From: Candidatus Moraniibacteriota bacterium
GTDB lineage: Bacteria; Patescibacteriota; Minisyncoccia; Moranbacterales; UBA1568
Direction: 5' to 3'
Assembly: GCA_030648835.1 (NCBI GenBank)
Contig: JAUSGT010000002.1
Location: 437,458 to 501,457, forward strand
Length of the DNA stretch: 64,000 bases
The notes beneath the pieces were generated by a model that was given only the letters and a program-made list of their open reading frames with translations, searched no databases and was not told where the DNA came from. Both the position numbers and the translations under genes were made by a program. Position 1 is the first letter of the stretch; each line of letters begins with the position of its first letter. Shown here one piece after another: positions 26,092 to 35,139 of this stretch.

Positions 26092-27288
26092 ATGCGGATA
26101 GCCGTACAAGCCAGTGATTTGGATAACGCGCGGATCGATGGAACGCGCGTGTATTTGAAAGAGTTGCTGAATCGTTTCGGAAAATTTTCGCCGGAGGCGG
26201 AATTTTTGCTGTATCATCAAAACGAATTCAATCCTGAGCTTGCGCCGTGGACGTTCGCCAATTATCGGATCAAAAAGTGTCCATTTCCTTGGGCGTGGAT
26301 GCAAACACGTTTCGCCTGGGAACTGTACAGACAGAGGCCGGAAAAACTTTTTTTGCCAATCCAGGCGGCTCCGCTTTTCGTTCCGAAGACGATAGAAGTG
26401 ACCGCAACCATTCATGATCTCGCCTTCAAGCGTTATCCGGAAACGTTTCCGAAAAAGCATTTACTGAAACTCAACTTTCTGCTCGATGTCGTTGTCCGGA
26501 GAGCAAACAAACTTATTGCCGTGTCGCAATCAACCAAAGATGATCTTTTGGAATTTTTTCCCAATCTTCCGGAGAATCGCGTGAAAGTCATTTACCATGG
26601 TTTCGACAGCGAGTTTTTCTCTACAAGACTTTCCTCTGATGAACTTTCTGAAAAGCTAAAAAGCTACAAGCTACAAGCTACGAGCTATATACTGTATGTC
26701 GGTGCTCTGCAGCCAAGGAAAAATCTGGTGCGTTTGATCGAGGCTTTCAATATTGTCAAACAAAAGTTAGAGGGTCATTCCGAACGAAGTGAGGAATCTC
26801 GAGTCCAGTATCATCAAACGGGATCCTTCGCTGATGCTCAGGATGACGGGCGAATGAAGCTGGTATTGGCAGGGGAACCGGCTTGGCTGGCAGAGGATAT
26901 CCTCGCTGCGCGGCAAAAAAGCGTTTACAAAGAAGATATTATCATGACAGGACGAGTGACATTCGATGAATTGCGTGTATTGTATCAAGGCGCGCGGTGT
27001 TTTGTCTTTCCTTCGCTCTATGAGGGTTTTGGCCTCCCAATTCTTGAAGCTATGGCTTCCCATATTCCGGTTTTGACAGCGGATAATTCCAGTTTGCGCG
27101 AAGTCGGTGGCGACGCGGCGCTCTACTGTGATGCCGAGAGCGTGGAGGATATAGCCGAAAAAATGAAACGTCTCTCAAGCGATGAGGGGTTGCGTTCGGA
27201 ACTTATCGTGAGAGGGGGAGAACAATTGAAAAAATTTTCCTGGGACAAATGCGCCCGAGAAACGCTGGAGTATATCCAGTTCAAATAG
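26092..27288 (+). CDS. Glycosyltransferase family 4 (GT-B, group 1)
   Basis: EGFGLPILEAMASHIPVLTADNSSLREVGGDAALYCD. It carries an in-frame ~26-aa insertion that coincides with repeat R1. Confidence 0.8.
   Translation: MRIAVQASDLDNARIDGTRVYLKELLNRFGKFSPEAEFLLYHQNEFNPELAPWTFANYRIKKCPFPWAWMQTRFAWELYRQRPEKLFLPIQAAPLFVPKTIEVTATIHDLAFKRYPETFPKKHLLKLNFLLDVVVRRANKLIAVSQSTKDDLLEFFPNLPENRVKVIYHGFDSEFFSTRLSSDELSEKLKSYKLQATSYILYVGALQPRKNLVRLIEAFNIVKQKLEGHSERSEESRVQYHQTGSFADAQDDGRMKLVLAGEPAWLAEDILAARQKSVYKEDIIMTGRVTFDELRVLYQGARCFVFPSLYEGFGLPILEAMASHIPVLTADNSSLREVGGDAALYCDAESVEDIAEKMKRLSSDEGLRSELIVRGGEQLKKFSWDKCARETLEYIQFK
26774..26847 (+). repeat. R1: copy of a ~70-nt imperfect hairpin repeat (GTCATTCCGAAC.GAGTGAGGAATCTCG...CGAGATCCTTCGCT...CTCAGGATGAC), in-frame within the GT4 gene
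   Basis: Near-identical arms to R2 at 57475-57541. The arms are self-complementary with G·U-compatible mismatches. Confidence 0.7.
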
Positions 27289-27295
27289 TTTGTCT

Positions 27296-27440
27296 CCCTT
27301 GTAAGCAACCTTCCCGGGGCGGGACACTTGCAGAGATGAGAATTTTGTGTCACAATACTTCTGCCGTTTAGCGGCTTTCGTGACTTTTTAGTCACGCCCT
27401 GAGTGAAGCTGGCTTCAGCTGGCGGAATCGAAGGGTCTTT
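27296..27440 (+). promoter_or_regulatory. Conserved leader-like module, A element (CTTGTAAGCAACCTTCCCGGGG) plus downstream GCCGTT...hairpins...TTTTTTTTGAT, upstream of the ABC-F gene
   Basis: The A element recurs at 49334-49360 upstream of the other ABC-F gene. The GCCGTT and T-run/GAT flanks also recur. Confidence 0.5.
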
Positions 27441-27486
27441 TTTTTGATATGAATTTGTACATTATGCGTAAGATTTAACGATAAAT

Positions 27487-28944
27487 ATGGCAAAGGATAA
27501 CGTCGTATTGCGATTTGATAGTGTGTCCTTCGAATACGGACACAAGAAACCCATCTTGGATGAGGTGAGTTTCAGTATGCGGCAAGGCTCCAAAATTACG
27601 CTCATGGGGCAGAATGGCGCCGGGAAAAGTTCGCTCTTCAAGCTCATCACCGGAGAAATGAAACCGCAGCATGGGCGTGTATCCGTCGACAAGGAAGCAA
27701 CGGTGGCTCTGGGGCGGCAGGTTATGCCGCGGGATCAGTTGGATGTTACCGTCAAGGATTTTTTTGCCCAATTTTTCAAAGGCAAAGAGTGGGAGCTTCC
27801 GATGCATATCAAAGAGGTACTCCAAGTAGTGAACTTGCCGCAGCCACCGCTTGAGAAAAAAATTCGGGAGTTTTCCGGTGGCCAGCAGGCGCGCCTGCTT
27901 CTTGCCTCGGCGCTTATTCAGGATCCGGATATTTTGCTTCTCGACGAGCCGACGAATAATTTGGACTACGCGGGCATTACGCATCTGACAGAATTTCTTA
28001 CTAATTATGAGAAAACCTGTATTGTTATTTCTCATGACGCGGAATTTTTGAACTCGTTTACGCATGGAGTTTTGTATCTCGATGTGTTCACGCACAAGAT
28101 AGAACAGTACACGGGTGACTATTATGACGTGGTGGAAGAAATTTCCAAAAGAATTGCCAAGGCGCAAAGCGAGAACGTCCGTTTGGAGCGAACCATCCAA
28201 GAAAAGAAAGATCAAGCCAATGTTTTTGCCAACAAGGGAGGCAAACTGCGCGCGGTGGCTAAGCGCATGCGCGATCTGGCTACGGAATTGGAAGAAAACA
28301 AAGTGGATGTACGCAAAGAGGATAAGACGTTGCCGGCGTTTGAGATACCGTGCCAAGAACCGGTCGGACCAATTGTCAATATCAAGACCGTCAAAGTACT
28401 GACGGATCTTGGTCAGGCTATCAAGAGGGTGGATCTGGTTCTGAAAAAGAACATGCATTTGCTCGTCTCGGGACCCAATGGTATCGGCAAGAGCACGTTT
28501 CTCGAGGCGTTGGCTTCAGGCGATGAAGAGCGAGCGCATATTACCCAAGGGATGAAAGTGGGGTACTATCGTCAGGATTTTTCGACGCTCGATTATAACA
28601 GTACGGTCATGGAAACGCTCCTTCTTGTAATGGAAGAAAAAAGCGAACAATTGGCGTATCAGATAGCCGCGAAATTTCTCATTCCGGGGGAATTGGTCCA
28701 GAACAAAGTGGAAAGTCTCTCAGAGGGGCAAAAGGGCCTACTTATGTTGGCTCAGCTTTACGCGGAAAAACCGGATCTGCTCATTTTGGACGAGCCGACC
28801 AATCACATCAATTTCCGCCATTTGCCGGTCATTGCGGAAGCTTTGGACAAATACAAGGGCGCGATGATTCTTGTTTCCCACGTACCGGACTTTGTCGCCC
28901 AAATCCGTATCGATGAGGTGTTGGACCTGGAATCTTTATCGTGA
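27487..28944 (+). CDS. ABC-F family ATPase (two tandem ABC domains, no TMD), short form
   Basis: Two Walker A motifs (GQNGAGKSS and GPNGIGKST), two signature motifs (FSGGQQARL and LSEGQKGLL), two Walker B motifs (LLLDEPTNNLD and LILDEPTNHIN) and an inter-domain linker. Confidence 0.8.
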   Translation: MAKDNVVLRFDSVSFEYGHKKPILDEVSFSMRQGSKITLMGQNGAGKSSLFKLITGEMKPQHGRVSVDKEATVALGRQVMPRDQLDVTVKDFFAQFFKGKEWELPMHIKEVLQVVNLPQPPLEKKIREFSGGQQARLLLASALIQDPDILLLDEPTNNLDYAGITHLTEFLTNYEKTCIVISHDAEFLNSFTHGVLYLDVFTHKIEQYTGDYYDVVEEISKRIAKAQSENVRLERTIQEKKDQANVFANKGGKLRAVAKRMRDLATELEENKVDVRKEDKTLPAFEIPCQEPVGPIVNIKTVKVLTDLGQAIKRVDLVLKKNMHLLVSGPNGIGKSTFLEALASGDEERAHITQGMKVGYYRQDFSTLDYNSTVMETLLLVMEEKSEQLAYQIAAKFLIPGELVQNKVESLSEGQKGLLMLAQLYAEKPDLLILDEPTNHINFRHLPVIAEALDKYKGAMILVSHVPDFVAQIRIDEVLDLESLS

Positions 28945-29367
28945 TTCTTCATCAAAAAGGATTTTCCAAAAGAGGTAGCCAATGGAAAAAAAGGCGAGGA
29001 TGATAATGGGGATGGTGAGGAGGGGGAACTTGTAGAGAGAAAGGATAAGGATGCCGAGTGTCCAGAGAAATCCGAGCCAGAGGAGCGGATTCTTTTTTGT
29101 TACCTTCCACTCGAAGTTCATATCGAGATAATGCCCGAGTGCCGTGAGGACGAAAGAGAAAAGGAAAAGGAAAAAGAAAAACTTTGTCAGACTGAAACGG
29201 ACGGAGACGAAAGTTGGGAGGAGCATCTCGATCGTAAAAAGCGCCATGAAGCCGAGATAGCCGATCATGAGTCCCTCCAGAAGGAGGGCATAACAAACGG
29301 CGAGGAATCCGTTTTGTTTCAGTTTCTTAAGATGTCGGATAAAATATTGGTTGAGTGCTTGCATAGC
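28936..29367 (-). CDS. Small polytopic membrane protein, hypothetical
   Basis: Four hydrophobic helices. The start was trimmed to an internal Met because the track ORF (to 29451) would overlap the upstream gene. Confidence 0.4.
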   Translation of the reverse strand, partial: AMQALNQYFIRHLKKLKQNGFLAVCYALLLEGLMIGYLGFMALFTIEMLLPTFVSVRFSLTKFFFFLFLFSFVLTALGHYLDMNFEWKVTKKNPLLWLGFLWTLGILILSLYKFPLLTIPIIILAFFSIGYLFWKILFDEESR

Positions 29368-29431
29368 AATTTTTTCTGGATCCCGGGTCCCTCCAAAGGC
29401 GGGCAGGCAGGCTCGGGATGACAGAGGGATG

Positions 29432-30589
29432 TTATTCGCTTGATAATCCAAAGCGTGTGAGGACGCGTTGTTTGATTTGCGAGAGAATGGAGAACATATT
29501 TTTGACGCTTTTTTCGGTGTTGAAGGAAACCTGGAGAGTATTGATATCGATATCCGTGTTGCCTCGACTTATGCTTATTTCGAAATCCGGACCGCTTTCG
29601 GGTGAAAGAGCGCCAAGGAGAGTGGTACACGAAAAGGTTTGTCCAAAGAACCCCGGTTCAAGGACGCAATCCGCGTGTTCTTTGCTCGTTTGGGAAGACA
29701 CAACAATGGGAGCTTGTTGTTTCAAAATGAAATTACGATACACCGGATTGAGTAAGGGACGTTTGAAACCGTGGTCTACCAGATAATACGTATTGGTAGC
29801 GCGGTCGAAGAGGAGCGTACCATCGGGGTGCTCCGCGCCGAGGAGAAATATGCGACCACGTTTATAAATGCCGATTTCTTCTTCGCTGGCCGGAAGAACA
29901 TCTTCGAAACGGTAACCGAGGGCGAGAAATATATCGGCGCTGCCTACCGGGCGCATTTCCGTGTCACTTACGATAAGAAACGCGCCATCCGCGAAAGAAA
30001 CGATTGACCCGACGCGGAAACCGATCCATTCTTCGGAAATGGGATACCGAGTCAGAAAATCATTACTTTCGGGTTGCGCAAATTCATCCGGATAGCGAGA
30101 GAGATAAGCGTTGTCGCTCACGAATGGATAGAGCGTGCCGTTACGGAGAGCATAGTACGTGTTATTGATTTTGTAGAGTGATTCTTCCGGGAAGCCGGTC
30201 ACCGGGAGACCGATGGGCAGAAAAAAACTGCGATAAGAACGCCGGACAGAAAATGTCAGATTGTCCGGAACGGCGGATTTTTTTTCCAACGTTACGGAAG
30301 TATCTATCTGAGAGAGATCTCCGACGACTCCGACATCCGTGATGAGTGTGCCGTTTGTTTCTATTTTACCGTTGGTACGCGGAGTATTGTCGGGCGCGCG
30401 CGGGTCAAGGAGGTTGTTTTTGCTCGAGCTGGGCGTTTTAAAGTTGAAAGAAAAAACGAGTGTCGGGAAAAGCGCTCGCAGGGCAAAAACGATGATGAAT
30501 GAAAGAGCTACCGCGTACAGGAGAGCGCGCAGTATACGATAGCGAGATTGCCATAGCGGCAAGATAGCGATGGGTGGGGCAAGGAACAT
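29432..30589 (-). CDS. Membrane-anchored extracytoplasmic hypothetical protein
   Basis: An N-terminal TM helix followed by a ~340-aa soluble region with no recognised motif. Confidence 0.45.
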   Translation of the reverse strand: MFLAPPIAILPLWQSRYRILRALLYAVALSFIIVFALRALFPTLVFSFNFKTPSSSKNNLLDPRAPDNTPRTNGKIETNGTLITDVGVVGDLSQIDTSVTLEKKSAVPDNLTFSVRRSYRSFFLPIGLPVTGFPEESLYKINNTYYALRNGTLYPFVSDNAYLSRYPDEFAQPESNDFLTRYPISEEWIGFRVGSIVSFADGAFLIVSDTEMRPVGSADIFLALGYRFEDVLPASEEEIGIYKRGRIFLLGAEHPDGTLLFDRATNTYYLVDHGFKRPLLNPVYRNFILKQQAPIVVSSQTSKEHADCVLEPGFFGQTFSCTTLLGALSPESGPDFEISISRGNTDIDINTLQVSFNTEKSVKNMFSILSQIKQRVLTRFGLSSE

Positions 30590-30595
30590 AGGGTT

Positions 30596-32392
30596 TTAGT
30601 ATATTTCAAAAAGGAGATTGCGTGTCGCCGTCGGAATCTTTTTTGGCAGATGAAGCGGTGATCCGTTCTCGAGAGAGACATTCTCAAACCGCTCACCGGA
30701 AAACGTTATCATTTTTTTTAAAACGAGACGGTTGCCAAAAACGGAAGCATAACGCCCCTGGTCTCCTTCGGGAACGAGCAAATACGTGTGCCGGAAAGGC
30801 GTCGTGTCGAGTTTTTCCAGATCGGATGGATTGAAAAAATAGGCCATATTTTTGCCAAAGAGGAATTGCGCCGGGCCGGAGAGCATGGAGAAACCGTCGC
30901 CTGTGGCGTTGCGATCGACGAGCACCAGATCGGTATCGGAAAATTCCTCACTGAAAGCGGCTGTTTGTTCGTACAGCGTACGATTTTCGGCGAAAGGAAT
31001 CCCGTAGCTCCAGGCCGGAAGTTGGAAGGCGATGAGGCCGAGGAAAAGGAAACTGACAAAAAACAGCCGTTTGCCTTGCGGTCGGCCGATGGGAAGAATT
31101 TTTTCTTGATCAAAAAGGAGCGCCAGGCCCACGGTGGCTGAGAAAAGAAGCGTTGGAAAAAGGGAAAAGAGGAAACGGCGGAGCATCCAGGGGTGATCAA
31201 GCGAGATATTGGGGTCGAAAAGGTAGAGAAATGTCGGGAGAGCGATAGCGGCCGGCAGAAGCAGCAAGGGACGCTTTTCCTTGATAAAAAGGAGAATCCC
31301 GAAGAATCCCGCCATAAAGAGGACAAGCAACCCATAGAGAAAAAAGACTGAGCCGAGAGGAAAGGAGCTGCCGGAATTGGCCAGGTCCGAGGCGATATCG
31401 CCGCCTCCCAATTGGTGCGAGAATTTGAGAAGCGCCTTGCCCATCATTTTGTAATAGGGAAGATTGATGAAAAAATCGCGCAGAAAAATGAAAATAAAAA
31501 AGAAACAGGGGAGGACGAGGCTCTTCCAGGGGGACGTTTTCCAAATGTTTCGTCCGTACTGACTGAAAGATATGATGACGAGTGTCAGGAGAAGAAAAGC
31601 GAATCCTTCGATGCGGGTAAAAGCGAGCAGTGAAGCCGACAACAAGACACTGACATAGGAAATGAACCCCCCTTCACGAAGAAAAAGGATGAGACTAAAG
31701 ATGAGGAAGGTGAAAAGGAAGACCGCCAAATTCTCGCTCAAAGTAATTTTGGCGAACCAGGTGGGAAGGAAGGAGAAGAGAGCCAGTCCCAGTCCGGCAA
31801 AGGCGTAGTAGGGATGGACAAATAAACGCAAAAGATTATAGAGTGTGAACAAAAAAAGAAAAAGAAGGATGACGTTTCCGATGGTCAGGCCGAGTAGACC
31901 GAAGAGGGAAATAAAACCGGCAAGCCAGGCGGTGTAGCCGAGTGGAAACTGCGTGATAAGATCGCCTGCTTTCGTGTACGCGAAGCCGGGGAAATTGAGC
32001 GCGGTACCAACGCCGTAGATTTGGAAAAAACTTTGGCTGACCTTTGTGGAGAAAGCCAGTTGGCCATTCTGGACGAGGTGGAAAGCGGCTTCAGTGATGG
32101 ATCCCTGGTCACGCCCGGTGAAAAGAGTCGGTTCAGAAAAATATCCGATGAACGCGGCGAAAAAAACCACAACAAGGAGGGCGACTTTACAATCGAGCGG
32201 TGCCTGGAGGAGAAGTTTTCCGCCAAGGAAAAGAATGATCACTCCTATGAGTCCGGTGCCGATAACAACCAGGGGAGAGAGAAAAAGCCCGAAGAGAGCG
32301 AGCAGAAAAACAAACCATCCGAAAACCACAAACGAAAGCCCGAAGAGAATGAGGAGCGTTTCGGTTTTTTGAATTTTTTGGAAGAATTCCAT
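30596..32392 (-). CDS. Large polytopic membrane protein, GT-C-like (ArnT/PMT-type) glycosyltransferase candidate
   Basis: About 12 or more TM helices followed by a C-terminal soluble domain. It sits in a glycosyltransferase-rich neighbourhood. Confidence 0.45.
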   Translation of the reverse strand: MEFFQKIQKTETLLILFGLSFVVFGWFVFLLALFGLFLSPLVVIGTGLIGVIILFLGGKLLLQAPLDCKVALLVVVFFAAFIGYFSEPTLFTGRDQGSITEAAFHLVQNGQLAFSTKVSQSFFQIYGVGTALNFPGFAYTKAGDLITQFPLGYTAWLAGFISLFGLLGLTIGNVILLFLFLFTLYNLLRLFVHPYYAFAGLGLALFSFLPTWFAKITLSENLAVFLFTFLIFSLILFLREGGFISYVSVLLSASLLAFTRIEGFAFLLLTLVIISFSQYGRNIWKTSPWKSLVLPCFFFIFIFLRDFFINLPYYKMMGKALLKFSHQLGGGDIASDLANSGSSFPLGSVFFLYGLLVLFMAGFFGILLFIKEKRPLLLLPAAIALPTFLYLFDPNISLDHPWMLRRFLFSLFPTLLFSATVGLALLFDQEKILPIGRPQGKRLFFVSFLFLGLIAFQLPAWSYGIPFAENRTLYEQTAAFSEEFSDTDLVLVDRNATGDGFSMLSGPAQFLFGKNMAYFFNPSDLEKLDTTPFRHTYLLVPEGDQGRYASVFGNRLVLKKMITFSGERFENVSLENGSPLHLPKKIPTATRNLLFEIY

Positions 32393-32614
32393 ACCCGGTC
32401 AGTGAAACTTCAACAATTTTTTATAAACTGTAGAAATAAAGTTAGTTTTGTTTTCTTGCTTGTGTTTGAGCAGTAACTACACCCACTAATATCCAGTCGA
32501 AGTTCTACTGCCGGACATATTGGTCTCATTATACCTTAAAGAGGCATATTCCCTCAATGTGTTGTCTTGGCGTTTGGTGAGTAAAAGGAAACCACTTATT
32601 CGATGGAACAAGGT

Positions 32615-32643
32615 TTGCCAAGCCTCTGGAATGCGGTTACAAT
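32615..32643 (+). promoter_or_regulatory. Candidate promoter TTGCCA-17-TACAAT upstream of the Clp-like ATPase gene
   Basis: TTGCCA at 32615-32620, a 17-nt spacer and TACAAT at 32638-32643. Confidence 0.4.
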
Positions 32644-32679
32644 GAGGAAAAAAGGGGACGACATCTGGCAATATCTATA

Positions 32680-35130
32680 ATGAACCAGTATTTTATTTTT
32701 TGGTATTACACACGCGGGCTACGCGGCGCAGTATTGCTTCTCGGCAATTATTTGCGGTTTGTGGTGCATCGCTTCTATATGGGTGGATTGCTCCGTACGT
32801 TTTTTTCGCCATGGAAGCGGGATGTTATCTTTCATACATGGGGAGGGTTTCATCCCATCCGTTCTTTGGAAGCCATGTTTCAGAATTTGCTTACTCGACT
32901 GTTGGGGATGTTCTTGCGGCTGATGCTGTTTATCATAGGGGTTTCGGTATGGTGCATAACGCTCGTTCTTGGTGTGGCTTTTTTCTTTTTTTACATCGGA
33001 GCCCCATTTTTTATCGTTTTTGGTTTTATAGTGTTGCCCCTTTCACCATCTTTCGGCATCGCGAGTCTGTTCATCGGAGTGATCAGTTTGGGGAGCGCGT
33101 TTTTCGGCTATGTTATGAGAAAAAAAGAAGAGCCGTTGACATTCGACATAGAGAAGTTGCGAAAGAAAAAATTTTTCAAACGGGTACTGGCGCGTCTTGG
33201 ACTCGAAAAAAAATCTGTCGAGAAAGAGGCGCTCAAAGACACAAAAACATTTCTCACCTTTCTCAAAACGCTGGGTATTGAAGAGGTTCTTTATGAACGA
33301 GCCGTTATAGTTGAGCGCGCTACGGCAGAAAAGAAGGCTCAGAAAAGCCGTTTTTGGTCATGGGAAAATCTCCACACGCAAAGACCGTTTGGCAAGGATT
33401 GGCACTATGCGTATACACCGCGCCTGGATCATTACTGTTTGGAACTTTCACGGTTTGATCCAACAGAGTATGGTCGGGCGGAACTCATCGGACGGCATGA
33501 CGAATTGCGCGTTGTGACGGTGGTGCTCGCGCGTGAAACGCAAAATAATGTCATTCTGGTAGGCGATCCGGGTATCGGGAAAAAAACATTTATCCATCAT
33601 TTGGCGCGACTCATTCGCGAGAATAGGTTCGGCGCGGAATACTTGGATGGAGCGCGAGTGCTCCTTTTTGACATCGGCCGGGCAGTCAGTGATGCCGCGA
33701 GTCAGGGTATTGCCGCGGATCACTATCTGCGGAGACTGTTCGTTGAGGCGACATACGCCGGCAATGTCATTCTCGCTGTTGAAAATGTCGACTTGTATCT
33801 TGGGAACGAGCATTCGCTTCCCAACCTAGCCGTACTCTTCAGTGAATTTCTCCAATTGCCGAATTTTCGCCTGATTGCGACCGCGCCGACCGGTCGGTAT
33901 CACGCGCTTGCCAAGGAAGATGAACAGACGTTGAAATTTTTTGAAGTAATTTATTTGCGGGAGACGACCAAGGAAGAGACGCTTTCCATTCTCATCCAGC
34001 ATTTTGAGAGGGCGGAGCGACGAAGAATAGCTTTTACCCTGAGAGGATTTGACGCGATTATCGAATCGGCTGGTCGGTATAACTGGGAAATGCCGTTTCC
34101 TGAGCGAGCGATTGATTTGGCCCAAGAAGTACTCGTCTATTGGAGCAAGAGTAGAAAAGGTTTCATCACGCAAGAGACAGTAGACGCATTTACTACGTTG
34201 AAGACTGGCGTGCCAACCGGCGCGCTGGGGGCCGGCGAGAAGGAAAAACTTTTGAAGCTCGAGGAGTTGCTCCATCTTCGGGTTATCGGGCAGAATGAAG
34301 CCGTGAAACAAGTTGCCGAGGCGATGCGTAAAGCGCGGGCCGGATTTGGTGATGATAAGCGTCCGTTGGGAAGCTTCATTTTTTTCGGACCGAGCGGAGT
34401 GGGGAAAACCGAAACGGTAAAAGCCTTCGCGGAAAGCTATTTCGGCAGCGAAGAGAGGATGATCCGTCTCGATATGAGTGAATTTCAGACGAGCGAGTCT
34501 ATTGACCGCCTGATCGGTTCACGCGCCATGGGAATACAAGGACAGCTTGTCGAAGCGGCGCGCGAAAAACCGTTTTCCATTCTTCTTTTGGATGAGATCG
34601 AGAAAGCCTATCCGCGCGCTCTTGATTTGTTTCTGCAGATTCTTGATGAGGGGTATGTGACGGATGGGTATGGTGAGAAAGTGAGTTTTCGCAATATGGT
34701 CATCATCGCCACTTCCAATGCCGGGGCGCCGCTTATCAAGGTACTGGTACGCGAGAAAGCATCAATGGCCGTGATACGTGAGCGGGTGCTCGATCATATT
34801 ATTGAAAACAATCTGTTCCGATTGGAATTTCTGAGTCGTTTTGACGGTATTATTTTCTTTGAACCGCTGAAACAGGGAGAGCTGGAAGCTGTCGCAAAAC
34901 TGAAGCTGAAAAAATTTGCCGATCGTCTGAAAAAAGAGAAAAATATCACTATCAGCTTTACTCCCGACGTTGTGCCGAAAATTGTCGAGAAAGGGTTCGA
35001 GCCGGAATTTGGCACGCGCTCTCTCAATCGTTTTATCGAGAATGCCATTGAGGACGCTGTCGTAAAAAAAATTATTGCAGGAGAGGTGAAAGAAGGCGGG
35101 GCACTCGTGGTTTCCGGTGATGAACTGTAA
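32680..35130 (+). CDS. Membrane-anchored Clp/Hsp100-type AAA+ ATPase (two nucleotide-binding domains) with an N-terminal TM region
   Basis: The first ~150 aa are hydrophobic helices. NBD1 reads ILVGDPGIGKKT. The sensor and NBD2 read VIGQNEAVKQVAEAMRKARAGF...FIFFGPSGVGKTE...LLLDEIEKA. Confidence 0.8.
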   Translation: MNQYFIFWYYTRGLRGAVLLLGNYLRFVVHRFYMGGLLRTFFSPWKRDVIFHTWGGFHPIRSLEAMFQNLLTRLLGMFLRLMLFIIGVSVWCITLVLGVAFFFFYIGAPFFIVFGFIVLPLSPSFGIASLFIGVISLGSAFFGYVMRKKEEPLTFDIEKLRKKKFFKRVLARLGLEKKSVEKEALKDTKTFLTFLKTLGIEEVLYERAVIVERATAEKKAQKSRFWSWENLHTQRPFGKDWHYAYTPRLDHYCLELSRFDPTEYGRAELIGRHDELRVVTVVLARETQNNVILVGDPGIGKKTFIHHLARLIRENRFGAEYLDGARVLLFDIGRAVSDAASQGIAADHYLRRLFVEATYAGNVILAVENVDLYLGNEHSLPNLAVLFSEFLQLPNFRLIATAPTGRYHALAKEDEQTLKFFEVIYLRETTKEETLSILIQHFERAERRRIAFTLRGFDAIIESAGRYNWEMPFPERAIDLAQEVLVYWSKSRKGFITQETVDAFTTLKTGVPTGALGAGEKEKLLKLEELLHLRVIGQNEAVKQVAEAMRKARAGFGDDKRPLGSFIFFGPSGVGKTETVKAFAESYFGSEERMIRLDMSEFQTSESIDRLIGSRAMGIQGQLVEAAREKPFSILLLDEIEKAYPRALDLFLQILDEGYVTDGYGEKVSFRNMVIIATSNAGAPLIKVLVREKASMAVIRERVLDHIIENNLFRLEFLSRFDGIIFFEPLKQGELEAVAKLKLKKFADRLKKEKNITISFTPDVVPKIVEKGFEPEFGTRSLNRFIENAIEDAVVKKIIAGEVKEGGALVVSGDEL

Positions 35131-35139
35131 TTATTTTTT

